Shown here: positions 10,689-20,956 of the stretch, piece by piece
Position numbering within the stretch: position 1 is the first letter of the stretch
Layout of the letters: each line of letters opens with the position of its first letter
DNA from: Candidatus Omnitrophota bacterium
Lineage (GTDB): Bacteria; Omnitrophota; Omnitrophia; Omnitrophales; Aquincolibacteriaceae
Direction: 5' to 3'
Assembly: GCA_903856085.1 (NCBI GenBank)
Contig: CAIOAT010000013.1
Coordinates: forward strand, 103,430 to 167,429
DNA length: 64,000 bases
The notes under the pieces: generated by a model
What the model saw: only the letters and a program-made list of their open reading frames with translations
What the model was told of the DNA's origin: nothing
Database searches by the model: none
Made by a program: the position numbers and the translations under genes

Positions 10689-10999
10689 TCGGAATTCCCT
10701 TGTCGCACATTCTGATCTTTTCACTGCTCCTTTTCGCGATCGGCGTTTACGGCGCGCTTGTACGGCGTAATATCATCGGTATCCTGATCTCGATCGAATT
10801 GATGCTGAACGCCGCCAATATCAATCTGATCGCATTTTCGAAATATACGTCCCTTTCTCCGGCAACCGGGCAGATCTTCGCTATTTTCGTAATCGCGATC
10901 GCTGCGACCGCAGCCGCCGTGGGACTTGCCATCGTTCTGGCCCTTTACCGCGTTCGTAAAACTGTTTATACCGATGAGGTTAATTTACTGAAATGGTAA
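10685..10999 (+). CDS. nuoK: NADH-quinone oxidoreductase subunit K
   Basis: [28 protein letters not shown]. Confidence 0.95.
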   Translation: MIGIPLSHILIFSLLLFAIGVYGALVRRNIIGILISIELMLNAANINLIAFSKYTSLSPATGQIFAIFVIAIAATAAAVGLAIVLALYRVRKTVYTDEVNLLKW

Positions 11000-12939
11000 C
11001 GTCCGACCAGATTCTTCTTGTTCCTTCTTTACCCTTTTTGGCCTTCGTGGTCAACATCCTGGCCGGACGCTGGCTTAAAAACCGCGCGGCCTGGCTTTCC
11101 ATCGCCACGAGCTCGGTAGCTTGCGTGATCGCGCTGCCCGTCTGCTGGGCCGTATTCAGGGGAGCTCATTTTGCCCATCAAGGAACCTGGCTCATGCTCG
11201 GCACCACGCCTCTCAAATTTGGCTATTTGATGGACCCTCTTTCCGCGACTCTGCTTTTCATGGTCACGATCGTCGGCACCCTGATCCAGGTCTATGCCGC
11301 GGGCTACATGCATGGCGACCCGCGCTACAGCCGCTTCTTCGCCTATGTTTCGCTTTTCATGGCCGCCATGCTTACGCTCGTGATCTCGGACAACTATCTG
11401 CTCTTTTTCATGTCCTGGGAGATCATGGGACTTTGCTCGTATCTTTTGATCGGCTTTTATTTTGAGAAAGCTTCTGCCGCAAACGCTTCTCTGAAAGCAT
11501 TCCTCACCACACGCATCGGCGACGTCGGTTTCCTCCTGGGATTCCTGACTCTTTTCGCAGCGATCGGCACGCTCAACTTTGCCGAGATGAACACGATCAT
11601 GACCGGAGCACACGGAAATCACGCCATTTTGAATATGGCGCTACTGACCATGGCGGCGCTTCTTATTTTCTGCGGGACGATCGGCAAGTCCGCGCAGTTC
11701 CCGCTGCATGTTTGGCTGCCCGATGCCATGGAAGGCCCGACACCCGTGAGCGCACTCATCCATGCCGCAACCATGGTGGCCGCCGGCGTTTTTCTCGTCG
11801 CGCGATCTTTCACCCTTTTCATGGCCGTCCCGAATATCCTGCCGATCGTCACCGCCATCGGAACGATCACAGCCTTCATGGCCGCTTTTATCGCGCTCAC
11901 GCAAAACGACATCAAACGCGTTCTTGCTTATTCGACGATTTCGCAACTCGGTTATATGGTCACCGCCATGGGTCTCTCGGGCCTCGGAGCGGGAACATTT
12001 CACCTCATCACACACGCTTTTTTCAAGGCCCTGCTTTTCCTCGGAGCCGGCAGCGTGATCCACGGGACCCATGTTCAGGATATCCGCGAGATGGGCGGCC
12101 TTTTCAAGAAAATGCCGCAGACAGCCACCACCTTCATCATCGCAAGTCTTGCCCTCGCCGGAATCCCGCCGCTTTCCGGCTTCTGGTCCAAAGACGAGAT
12201 CCTGCTCGCAGCTTTCGGATCGGGAAACTTTCTGGTTTTCGGCATCCTGCTCCTCACGGCATTTATGACGGCTTTCTATATGTTCCGTCTTATTTTCCTG
12301 ACGTTTTTCGGCACGGCACGAAATGCCAAAGTACACGCCCATGAATCTCCGGCACTCATGACGGTGCCCCTCTGGTGCCTTGCGTTGGGCTCGATCGTGA
12401 TCGGTATCCCCGGCTCTCCTTTCATGCATCATTGGTTCCAGAAATTCATAGCGCATATGGTCCATTATCCGGAATATGAACCCTCCGCCTTGGTCATGGC
12501 CTGCTCGATCGCCGTCGCGGTCGTTGGGATCGCGCTCGCGGGCGTCATTTATCTCAAGCAAAAACACTGGGCCGCAGCCGTCGCGAAAAGCTTTCCTTCC
12601 TTTTACCGTCTTTCTTTCAATAAATTCTATTTCGACGAGTTTTATTCCGCTTACATCGTAAAACCTTTTCAAGGGCTGGGTCGCGTCCTGTTCGGCTTTG
12701 ACGAGACTGTGATCGACGGTACGGTGAACAACGCGGGACGCGCGACGATGTTCCTAAGCAGCGTGAAGCAGTGGATCGACACTTACATCGTTGACGGTAC
12801 CGTGAATTTCATGGGAACTTCGGTTTATTTTCTTAATTCGATCACTAAACGCATCCAGACGGGCTTTGTTCAAAACTATTTGCTCATTGTTTTTTTAGGC
12901 GTTCTCGCTTTTCTTGCTTTTGAACTGAAATTGACGTAG
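10993..12939 (+). CDS. nuoL: NADH-quinone oxidoreductase subunit L
   Basis: [56 protein letters not shown]. Confidence 0.97.
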   Translation: MVTSDQILLVPSLPFLAFVVNILAGRWLKNRAAWLSIATSSVACVIALPVCWAVFRGAHFAHQGTWLMLGTTPLKFGYLMDPLSATLLFMVTIVGTLIQVYAAGYMHGDPRYSRFFAYVSLFMAAMLTLVISDNYLLFFMSWEIMGLCSYLLIGFYFEKASAANASLKAFLTTRIGDVGFLLGFLTLFAAIGTLNFAEMNTIMTGAHGNHAILNMALLTMAALLIFCGTIGKSAQFPLHVWLPDAMEGPTPVSALIHAATMVAAGVFLVARSFTLFMAVPNILPIVTAIGTITAFMAAFIALTQNDIKRVLAYSTISQLGYMVTAMGLSGLGAGTFHLITHAFFKALLFLGAGSVIHGTHVQDIREMGGLFKKMPQTATTFIIASLALAGIPPLSGFWSKDEILLAAFGSGNFLVFGILLLTAFMTAFYMFRLIFLTFFGTARNAKVHAHESPALMTVPLWCLALGSIVIGIPGSPFMHHWFQKFIAHMVHYPEYEPSALVMACSIAVAVVGIALAGVIYLKQKHWAAAVAKSFPSFYRLSFNKFYFDEFYSAYIVKPFQGLGRVLFGFDETVIDGTVNNAGRATMFLSSVKQWIDTYIVDGTVNFMGTSVYFLNSITKRIQTGFVQNYLLIVFLGVLAFLAFELKLT

Positions 12940-12957
12940 TACTCAAAAGGAGTTTTT

Positions 12958-14433
12958 ATGACAGCGCATATTTTATCCTGGATCATTTTCACACCGCTCA
13001 TGGGCGCAGGGATTGTGCTTTTCGTACCGAAAAGCGCAACTGACTGGATCAAATGGATCGCACTGACGACCACCGGTATCGTAACCGCGCTCACCTGTTA
13101 CGCGCTTACGATCTTCCAACCCGCTCAAGCCGGCTTCCAGATGGTGGAACGCGCCTCGTGGATCCCGCAATTCGGCGTCCAGTACCTTCTCGGAACGGAC
13201 GGGATCAGCTTTCCCATGGTATTTCTCACCGCGATCATTTCCATGATCGCGTGTCTCGCATCTTTTCCTCATGTGCGCGTCAAAGAGGGTCGCGAAAAAG
13301 AGTATTATTTTCTGTATCTCTTACTTGAGACCGGCATGCTGGGAACGTTCCTCGCGCTCGACCTTTTCCTTTTTTATGTGCTCTGGGAAGTCGTGCTTGT
13401 TCCGATGTATTTTCTGATCGGGATCTGGGGTGGACCACGCCGCGAATACGCCGCAATCAAGTTCTTCCTTTATACTCTCGCGGGCAGTCTTTTCATGCTC
13501 TTGGGAATCCTCGGCGTTTACTTCGCTGCGGCACCCCACACCTTCGACATGACACAGCTTGTCGGAATGCCTCGCGGACTCCTTTTTCAACAGGTCGTTT
13601 TTATGGCATTCTTCCTCGGCTTTGCGATCAAGGTGCCGATCTTTCCGTTCCACACCTGGCTTCCCGACGCGCACGTGGAGGCCCCGACCCCGATCAGCGT
13701 GATCCTCGCGGGCGTCCTCCTGAAGATGGGTACGTACGGATTCTTCCGCTTCAGCTATCCCCTTTTTCCTCAAGCCGCGCATTGGTTCCAACCCGCCATG
13801 GCAGTTCTGGCCGTTGTGGGTATCGTGTACGGAGGATTTGTAGCACTCGCCCAAACGGACTTCAAAAAAATGGTCGCTTACTCAAGCGTCAGTCACATGG
13901 GGTTCGTTCTGCTCGGACTTGCGGCCTTGAACGCGAACGGTTTCCGCGGAGCCATGCTCCAGATGTTCACGCACGGCACCATCACCGGAGGACTTTTCTT
14001 GTTGGTCGGTGTCCTCTATGACCGGGCCCACTCCCGCGACCTGAATGATTTCGGCGGACTCGGCGTTAAAATGCCCGCCTATGCGGGATTCCTGACTTTT
14101 TTTGCGCTTGCCTCACTCGGCCTTCCGGGTCTCTCCGGCTTCGTCAGTGAGTTCCTGGCACTCCTGGGTTCCTATCAATATTCCAAGGTAGTGACAGGGC
14201 TCTCAACGATCGGCATCATCCTCGCTGCAGCGTATCTCCTTTACATGATCCAGCGTGTCCTGCTCGGGAAACTCAATCTGAAATGGGCCGGACTTACCGA
14301 TATCAAAATCCAGGAGGTTCTCACGCTGCTGCCGCTCATGGTCCTCATTCTCGGGATCGGTATTTATCCGCGCGTTATCCTGGATTACATGATCCCGACA
14401 CTCGATGGTTTACTTAAAGCCATAAAGGTTTAG
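12958..14433 (+). CDS. nuoM: NADH-quinone oxidoreductase subunit M
   Basis: PFHTWLPDAHVEAPT, LAGVLLKMG, AYSSVSHMG, LPGLSGFVSEF. Confidence 0.97.
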   Translation: MTAHILSWIIFTPLMGAGIVLFVPKSATDWIKWIALTTTGIVTALTCYALTIFQPAQAGFQMVERASWIPQFGVQYLLGTDGISFPMVFLTAIISMIACLASFPHVRVKEGREKEYYFLYLLLETGMLGTFLALDLFLFYVLWEVVLVPMYFLIGIWGGPRREYAAIKFFLYTLAGSLFMLLGILGVYFAAAPHTFDMTQLVGMPRGLLFQQVVFMAFFLGFAIKVPIFPFHTWLPDAHVEAPTPISVILAGVLLKMGTYGFFRFSYPLFPQAAHWFQPAMAVLAVVGIVYGGFVALAQTDFKKMVAYSSVSHMGFVLLGLAALNANGFRGAMLQMFTHGTITGGLFLLVGVLYDRAHSRDLNDFGGLGVKMPAYAGFLTFFALASLGLPGLSGFVSEFLALLGSYQYSKVVTGLSTIGIILAAAYLLYMIQRVLLGKLNLKWAGLTDIKIQEVLTLLPLMVLILGIGIYPRVILDYMIPTLDGLLKAIKV

Positions 14434-14470
14434 AACTTATGAAATTCGAATTTTTATCAAGGTGCCTAGC

Positions 14471-15877
14471 ATGAACGCCATCGAAAGCCTGAAATATTTC
14501 GTTCCCGAATTGATCTTGCTGGGCGGCGCGTTCGTTGCGTTAACGCTGGATTTTTTCCTGCGCCAGAAGAAACTCGTGGGAGAATTCGCGCTGCTTGTGA
14601 TCGTGCTCGCCTTATGCCTCGCGAAAGCGCCTACGCAACCCCTGCCGCTTTTCTTTGGCATGTTCGAATTGGACGCCTTCGCGCATTTTTTCCGTTACCT
14701 CGCGCTGGGCGCCGTCGGCATCACGATCCTGATCTCACTGGGCTACTCCCCGCTTCAGAAACGCTATACCGGCGAGTTCTACAGCCTCTTCCTTTTCATG
14801 GCCTTCGCCCTCATCACGGTCGCAGCAGCGAATAACCTGCTGATGATCTTCCTCAGCATCGAGTTTGTTTCCTTGCTCTCGTACCTTCTCGTGGGATTCC
14901 TGAAAGAAGATCCGAAATCGAAAGAAGCGGCCATCAAGTATCTCCTTTTCGGGAGCGTCTGTTCAGGGATCATGCTCTACGGCATGTCGCTTCTCTACGG
15001 TGCCACTGGATCCCTCGAGCTTCCCGTCATCGGAAATGCCCTTCTGGGAGCTCCTTTTAAACCCTTGGCGACCGCGGCCATACTGTTTTTCTTCACGGGT
15101 CTTGGATTTAAGATCTCCATGGCGCCTTTTCACATGTGGGCACCGGACGTTTATGAAGGTGCGCCGACTCCGGTCACGGCCTTCCTGACCGTAGCACCCA
15201 AGGCGTTGGGCTTTGCGGTTCTGACGCGCGTACTGGACATGATCTTCTGGAATTTCCAGAGCGTCTGGACCCCGGTGCTTGTGATCCTCTCGATCCTCAC
15301 CATGACGATCGGCAACATCACCGCCGTCTCTCAATCCAACATCAAACGGTTTCTGGCCTACTCCAGCATCGCGCAAGCGGGTTATATCCTGATGGGTCTC
15401 GCGGCATTCTCACATCTCGGCCGGGATGCAGTCCTGATCTATTTATTCGCTTATCTGATGACGAATCTTGGCGCGTTTACGGTCGTTCTGTTTGTCGCAG
15501 GTGAAACTCAAAGCGATTCCCTCGATGCCTACGCCGGCCTCTCAAAGCGCTCCCCTATGGCCGCGGCAATGCTTACCATTTTTCTTCTCTCTTTAGCCGG
15601 TCTTCCTCCACTCGCGGGATTCATCGGAAAATATTATGTTTTCGCAGCTGCCATTCAGGGAAAGTTCATCATGCTCACGATCTTCGCCGCCATTAATAGC
15701 GTGATTGCAGCCTATTATTATTTCCGGATCATCCGCCTCATGTATCTGACGCCGGCGACAGGCCCGGCATTTGCCGCTCCGTCCAAAGCCTTGACGGTCG
15801 CCCTTTGGACCCTGTTTCTGAGTGTGCTAGCCTTGGGTATTTTCCCGAGCTTTTTCATCACCCGCATCCTGGGATAG
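14471..15877 (+). CDS. nuoN: NADH-quinone oxidoreductase subunit N
   Basis: EAAIKY, FKISMAPFHMWAPDVYEGAP, KRFLAYSSIAQAGY; alternative GTG start at 14462. Confidence 0.96.
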   Translation: MNAIESLKYFVPELILLGGAFVALTLDFFLRQKKLVGEFALLVIVLALCLAKAPTQPLPLFFGMFELDAFAHFFRYLALGAVGITILISLGYSPLQKRYTGEFYSLFLFMAFALITVAAANNLLMIFLSIEFVSLLSYLLVGFLKEDPKSKEAAIKYLLFGSVCSGIMLYGMSLLYGATGSLELPVIGNALLGAPFKPLATAAILFFFTGLGFKISMAPFHMWAPDVYEGAPTPVTAFLTVAPKALGFAVLTRVLDMIFWNFQSVWTPVLVILSILTMTIGNITAVSQSNIKRFLAYSSIAQAGYILMGLAAFSHLGRDAVLIYLFAYLMTNLGAFTVVLFVAGETQSDSLDAYAGLSKRSPMAAAMLTIFLLSLAGLPPLAGFIGKYYVFAAAIQGKFIMLTIFAAINSVIAAYYYFRIIRLMYLTPATGPAFAAPSKALTVALWTLFLSVLALGIFPSFFITRILG

Positions 15878-15880
15878 AAA

Positions 15881-16762
15881 GTGCGGAAATTCTCGGTTCT
15901 GGAAAAATCGCTTCTTCAGGATTTCCTCTTCACAGCCCTCAAGGACCTCAAGAAAACAAAGATCAAACAGATCCTGAAATTCGGTTCCGTCCACGTCAAC
16001 GGCCGCGAGGTCACCTGGTACCAGCACCCTTTGAAACCTGGTGATAAGGTCGAAATCTTAGGAAAGGAACGCGCTTCCGCGGAAAGGTCCAAGACGGAGC
16101 TGGGCCTGAAGATCATCTATGAAGACAGCGAACTCCTGGTGGTGGAAAAACCTGCGGGGCTCTTGACCATGGGCACGGAACGCGAAAAAGAAGCAACTCT
16201 TTATTTCATGCTCAATGAATACGAGCGCTCCAAAACCAAGGATGAAAGCGGGCGCGTTTTTATCGTCCACCGCCTGGACCGGGACGCCTCAGGATTGATC
16301 GTTTTCGCGAAAAGTGATGCCCTGAAGCGCGCGCTCCAGGGCCATTGGGAACTCGCAACCAAGAAGTACTTTGCGATCACGGAAGGCACTCCGAAAGAAA
16401 AGACGGGAACGATTGAGAATTATCTCAGGGAAGACGCTTTCAAACGGGTTTATACCGTGTCACCCAACCATCCCGAGGCACAACATGCAGTCACCCATTA
16501 CCGCGTACTTCGCGAAAACGGGGGCTACGCGCTTCTGGAGGTCACACTTGAGACCGGCCGCAAGAATCAAATCCGTGTTCATTGTTCCGGCATCGGCTGT
16601 CCCATCATGGGCGACGAAAAGTATGGCGCCAAGTCCGATCCCTTCCGCCGGCTGGCGCTCCACGCCTGCTTTCTTTCATTCCCCCATCCGGGTACCGGCG
16701 CACTCAAGACCTTTCAGTCCCCTCTCCCCACTCCCTTCAAAAAGATCTTTCCGGATATTTAG
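15881..16762 (+). CDS. RluA-family pseudouridine synthase with S4-like N-terminus
   Basis: VVEKPAGLL, VHRLDRDASG, LETGRKNQIRVH, GDEKYG. Confidence 0.93.
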   Translation: MRKFSVLEKSLLQDFLFTALKDLKKTKIKQILKFGSVHVNGREVTWYQHPLKPGDKVEILGKERASAERSKTELGLKIIYEDSELLVVEKPAGLLTMGTEREKEATLYFMLNEYERSKTKDESGRVFIVHRLDRDASGLIVFAKSDALKRALQGHWELATKKYFAITEGTPKEKTGTIENYLREDAFKRVYTVSPNHPEAQHAVTHYRVLRENGGYALLEVTLETGRKNQIRVHCSGIGCPIMGDEKYGAKSDPFRRLALHACFLSFPHPGTGALKTFQSPLPTPFKKIFPDI

Positions 16763-17358
16763 GAAGGAACGGCCAGGCTGTCACCAATGACGGCTCGACG
16801 CCTCAATTCGAAAAAACATTTTGAACAGCAGAGCACATCGGACGCGGCGTTGTGCTGATCCTCAAAATCCACATCGAAGAGCTTAATGTGAAGCTCGGAG
16901 AGTTTTGGCCACTTGTCACCATAAGGCCCCGGGATCTTGCAATAGCCTGTGGAGCTTTTCATGGTACACATTTTCTTCATCGGTGACAGCACATCCGACA
17001 GTCCTTGGCGCAACAACTCCACTCGAACCATTTTTTCGTCAAAATCCATATTGTGTGCGACAAGGCATGCAGCCCCCAGAATCGCCTTGGAAAATTCCTT
17101 CAAAACCTCCGCGACCGGCCGCCCTTCTTTCAAGGCACTTTCGGTGCTGATGCCGTGGATCGCCGTCGCGACTTGGGGAATCACAAAATCTTCCGGCCTG
17201 ATAATGTAATCGTGAAATGCGAGTTGAGTCCCGTTGCCGTCAAAAAGCGCCCAGGCGATCTGGACAATATGCGGCCAGTTCCCGAGATCAGTCACAGGAG
17301 CCTTCCAGCTTTTCGGCAGGCCTGTTGTTTCCGTATCAAAAAAAAGATACGTCTTCAT
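16759..17358 (-). CDS. DEDDh 3'-5' exonuclease (DnaQ-like)
   Basis: FFDTETTG, VAHNMDFD, HNAASDV. Confidence 0.92.
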   Translation of the reverse strand: MKTYLFFDTETTGLPKSWKAPVTDLGNWPHIVQIAWALFDGNGTQLAFHDYIIRPEDFVIPQVATAIHGISTESALKEGRPVAEVLKEFSKAILGAACLVAHNMDFDEKMVRVELLRQGLSDVLSPMKKMCTMKSSTGYCKIPGPYGDKWPKLSELHIKLFDVDFEDQHNAASDVLCCSKCFFELRRRAVIGDSLAVPS

Positions 17359-18122
17359 GGTTTCACCAAAATACCTTTTCCACCATGATAATAATAGATC
17401 TCCGGTGCTTTCCCCTCATACGCCTGTATTTCCTTTTCAAACCAGACACGCACTCGTTGCTGCTGGACTTCATCAGCAGGATCCCAGATAGGATCGACGC
17501 TTAAGTCATGCACGATATAGAACGCGTTAGGTTCCCGGCCACCTTTATTCATCATTTTTTTAAAAAGAATATCCATCTGGTCCCAGGACTGTTTCTTCGC
17601 ACCGCCTCCGGTCAAGGCAGCCCTCACACTCTCTTCAGAAAAACTGTTCAACGGGGATGCTATAGGCTCCCGATTGAAGAACTCTACATGGCTCATCACT
17701 TCAATCTTGCCCCAGTCGGCGGGCGCGCGGTAATGTAAGAGAGCAAAAAGCTGTCCGTAACGGATCAGCGTCTTTTGATCCGGGCCAAGATCCCTAGAAT
17801 GGTTGATAATGAGCCGCCCGAGATCGTTGGGATTGAAATTCCGAATCCCGTCTTGGATATCCACGGACAGAACATCAAAACCAAAAAAACCGTGTAGTCC
17901 ATTTTGCGCAAGGCTCATCGTGTGCTCCAGAACATCCTGAAAAGATTGCCACGCCATTTTTTCATTTTTGGAGATGATCGAGGCAAGGTAAAGGGGTCGC
18001 GGGCTTTCTTCTTCCAGAATCACTTCGAATCTTAGGATCTTGGCTGTAAGTTCTTTGGGGTAAGAAATAGCCTTCCAAGAAGGAGAATCGGTAAAGAGAT
18101 TGGCCCGCAGAAGATCTTTCAT
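17355..18122 (-). CDS. Hypothetical protein
   Basis: 255-aa ORF (MKDLLRANLF...) starting just after the thiF stop and overlapping the exonuclease start; no recognised motif. Confidence 0.7.
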   Translation of the reverse strand: MKDLLRANLFTDSPSWKAISYPKELTAKILRFEVILEEESPRPLYLASIISKNEKMAWQSFQDVLEHTMSLAQNGLHGFFGFDVLSVDIQDGIRNFNPNDLGRLIINHSRDLGPDQKTLIRYGQLFALLHYRAPADWGKIEVMSHVEFFNREPIASPLNSFSEESVRAALTGGGAKKQSWDQMDILFKKMMNKGGREPNAFYIVHDLSVDPIWDPADEVQQQRVRVWFEKEIQAYEGKAPEIYYYHGGKGILVKP

Positions 18123-18126
18123 GGAG

Positions 18127-18735
18127 TTACTTTCCGGCGATGAATTCAAGTACAACATCCGCCTGTTTGGCTGCGGCAATACTGACCCGGGGCGATAAGG
18201 CGGGCGTCTTTTCAATATCAGACGTAAGGTCACCGATCAGAATAAGGTTTGACCTGAGTTTGCGAATCCGGAGATCATCACTCGAACCAAAGCCCCCGAG
18301 CCCGGAGGCAGAGACGATCAATTTTCCGGTAGGAAGCATTCCAGACACGAGCATACTCTTCGCCTCGGCCCGGTCTAGACACTCGACAACAACATCACAA
18401 TCGCAGAATATTTCTGGAATATTAGCGGGATCCAACCTCACAGGCAACATTTGAAGCTCCAGGTGAGGATTGATCCTTTGGAGATTGGTTTGCAGAGCTT
18501 CGACTTTCTTCATCCCGACCTGGTCTTGGAAATAAAATTGCCGGTCCAGGTTCGTGGCATCCACCACATCAAAGTCCGCGATCGTAAAATGTTTGAATCC
18601 CACTCGCACAAGACAGGCTGCGCAGTTGGAACCAAGGCCGCCCGCGCCCGCAATCCCGATCACTGCTTTCTCGATCTTTGCGAGCTTTGTTTCGCCGAGC
18701 TTTTTAATAAGGTTTTGTCTGAAAGCGTCCATCAT
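18127..18735 (-). CDS. thiF: Sulfur carrier protein ThiS adenylyltransferase
   Basis: GIAGAGGLGS, DFDVVDATNLDRQ, ECLD, ASGLGG. Confidence 0.92.
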   Translation of the reverse strand: MMDAFRQNLIKKLGETKLAKIEKAVIGIAGAGGLGSNCAACLVRVGFKHFTIADFDVVDATNLDRQFYFQDQVGMKKVEALQTNLQRINPHLELQMLPVRLDPANIPEIFCDCDVVVECLDRAEAKSMLVSGMLPTGKLIVSASGLGGFGSSDDLRIRKLRSNLILIGDLTSDIEKTPALSPRVSIAAAKQADVVLEFIAGK

Positions 18736-19847
18736 CAGATTTGCATCCAGTCTTTCAGCACCGGCTGATAACCCTTGGCGACAAGCATCGCTTTCATCGC
18801 ATCGACATCCCGGGGGTCTGCGATCTCAAATTGAGGGGCATTCTCCTCTTCGGGCGATGCAATCGTATGACCGCCGACACGCGTTGTGGACCCCGCGGAC
18901 ATGCGCGTGATTCCAAGGGGCAAGAGATCCTCCCGCAAGCCTGCGCTTTCACGCGTCGAAAGCGCAATCCCAAGCCGCGGGAGGAAAAGCCTCAGAGCCA
19001 CAATGATCTGTGCGATATTCGCATTGCTCACTTCCGTCATTTCTTTGAAATCCCCCGCATGCGGTCTCAAGCGCGGAAGCGAAGCCCCGGTCTCAACATC
19101 CCCAAAATGATCCTGGAGGTACTGAGCGTGGAGCCCCATTAAAAAAACCTCTTTCCTCCAATCGCTCAGCCCCAAAAGCACCCCGACATTCACGTTTCTC
19201 ATCCCGCTTCTTGCTGCACGTTCTGGGGCATCGAGCCGGAAAATGAAATCTTTTTTTGGACCCGATCTGTGCACTCGTTCATAGACCGCTTCATCATAGG
19301 TTTCCTGGTACAAGGTCAATCCATCAATCCCTGAGCGCACAAGATCCGCGTATTCCTCTTCAGAAAGAGCGTAGATCTCTGCAGAGATTGAGCTGAAATA
19401 TTTTTTCAGCACGCTAAGGCATTCCTTGATATAGGCCGGAGAGCTTTTGGTTCTTGAGTCTCCTGTCAAAATAAGCAGATGCTCGATCCCCGTCGAGGCA
19501 ATAAACGCGGCCTCTTTTTCCACTTCTTCCAAGGTTAATGTTCTCCGGGGCATTTTATTCCGGGCGTTGAAACCACAATAAGCGCACTCATTCTCGCAGA
19601 AATTCGAAAGATACATCGGAGTATAGAGCTGAATCGTCCGGCCGAAATGCTGAAGGGTCAGAGCATGTGCTTTTTGCGCCATCGATTCCAGGAATCCTTC
19701 CGCAGTCGGAGAAAGCAACGCCAAAAGTCGCTCGGGCTCCTGGGTACCGGAGGCGATCGAACGCTCAACCTCTTGGGGCGAAAGCTCATGAAAGATCTTC
19801 TCGAAAGGAAGATCCTTATATTTCAGAAGGATGTCGGAGTAACTCAT
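18735..19847 (-). CDS. thiH: 2-iminoacetate synthase (radical SAM)
   Basis: YTPMYLSNFCENECAYCGF, YQETY, LSTRES, SAGSTTRVGG, QFEIADPR. Confidence 0.95.
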   Translation of the reverse strand: MSYSDILLKYKDLPFEKIFHELSPQEVERSIASGTQEPERLLALLSPTAEGFLESMAQKAHALTLQHFGRTIQLYTPMYLSNFCENECAYCGFNARNKMPRRTLTLEEVEKEAAFIASTGIEHLLILTGDSRTKSSPAYIKECLSVLKKYFSSISAEIYALSEEEYADLVRSGIDGLTLYQETYDEAVYERVHRSGPKKDFIFRLDAPERAARSGMRNVNVGVLLGLSDWRKEVFLMGLHAQYLQDHFGDVETGASLPRLRPHAGDFKEMTEVSNANIAQIIVALRLFLPRLGIALSTRESAGLREDLLPLGITRMSAGSTTRVGGHTIASPEEENAPQFEIADPRDVDAMKAMLVAKGYQPVLKDWMQI

Positions 19848-19849
19848 TC

Positions 19850-20635
19850 TCAGCGCGTTTCATTCCGAAGAAAACCGGTCAGTGGCGAAGAGGCGCTTGC
19901 TTCGCTCCCTGAGGAGGCAAGCCCGGCGAGATACGCCGTACGGCCCGCGCTTACAGCCTCCCTGAATGCTCTGGCCATAGCCACGGGATCCCGGACAATC
20001 GCAATCGCCGTATTCACAAGTACCGCCGCGCAGCCCATCTCCATGCATTCGCAGGCATCCGAGGGACTGCCCAGGCCCGCGTCCACGATCACGGGCACCT
20101 TGATCTCACGCACCAGAATCTCCACAAGCTCCCGGGTCTTCATGCCGCGGTTACTGCCAATGGGAGACCCAAGGGGCATGACTGCTGCCGCACCCGCATC
20201 CGCCATGCGCTTGGCCATGGAAAGATCCGGACTCATGTAAGGAAGCACAATGAATCCCTCTTGAGCAAGAATCTCAACCGCTTTGAGCGTCTCAAGATTA
20301 TCCGGCAGGAGATATTTGTTATCCTGCACCACTTCGATCTTGATCCAGTTGCCGGCCCCACTCGCCTTGGCGAGTCTCGCAATGCGCACCGCCTCGTCCG
20401 CATTCCTTGCCCCGGAGGTATTGGCCATCAGAATGCAAGATTTCGGGATATATTCCAGAATATTATCGGTCTTAGCACCGGCATCCACGCGCCTGAGCGC
20501 CACTGTCACAATATCTGATTGGGCAGCTTCAAGGGCTTTTCTCATCAGCGGATAGCTGGAGAATTTCCCAGTGCCGATCAAAAGCCGACTTTTGATCGAG
20601 CGACCTCCGATATGCAACAGATCTTCCATGGTCAT
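19850..20635 (-). CDS. thiG: Thiazole synthase
   Basis: [41 protein letters not shown]. Confidence 0.97.
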   Translation of the reverse strand: MTMEDLLHIGGRSIKSRLLIGTGKFSSYPLMRKALEAAQSDIVTVALRRVDAGAKTDNILEYIPKSCILMANTSGARNADEAVRIARLAKASGAGNWIKIEVVQDNKYLLPDNLETLKAVEILAQEGFIVLPYMSPDLSMAKRMADAGAAAVMPLGSPIGSNRGMKTRELVEILVREIKVPVIVDAGLGSPSDACECMEMGCAAVLVNTAIAIVRDPVAMARAFREAVSAGRTAYLAGLASSGSEASASSPLTGFLRNETR

Positions 20636-20832
20636 CCCCCTCCGACGAAACTGACGATCTCGATCATATCCTGATCCTTGAGTGTGATCTTGTGCCAGTC
20701 TTCTTTAGAGATAATGCTGAAGTTGTGTTCAACCACGATCTTGTCAGGACACAAGCCTTTCGCTGCAACGAGCGCATCGAGGCTCAAAGGTTTGTCGATC
20801 GATTCTTGTTTTCCGTTGAGGGTGAGGATCAT
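20632..20832 (-). CDS. thiS: Sulfur carrier protein ThiS
   Basis: 66 aa ending [10 protein letters not shown]. Confidence 0.95.
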   Translation of the reverse strand: MILTLNGKQESIDKPLSLDALVAAKGLCPDKIVVEHNFSIISKEDWHKITLKDQDMIEIVSFVGGG

Positions 20833-20956
20833 GAACTCTTTTCCTTATTTAAGGGAACTATGCGCTCTATCTTAAACGAAAAAGAATCTTGTTTCTATCG
20901 AAAGGTAGCCGGCGCTAAGGCAACGGCCCGTAACACCTTTTCTTCAGCTCCAAAAA

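Noticed and set aside
20833-20956. Expected TPP riboswitch before thiS
   Set aside because: No CTGAGA/ACCTGA core was found on the minus strand by eye.
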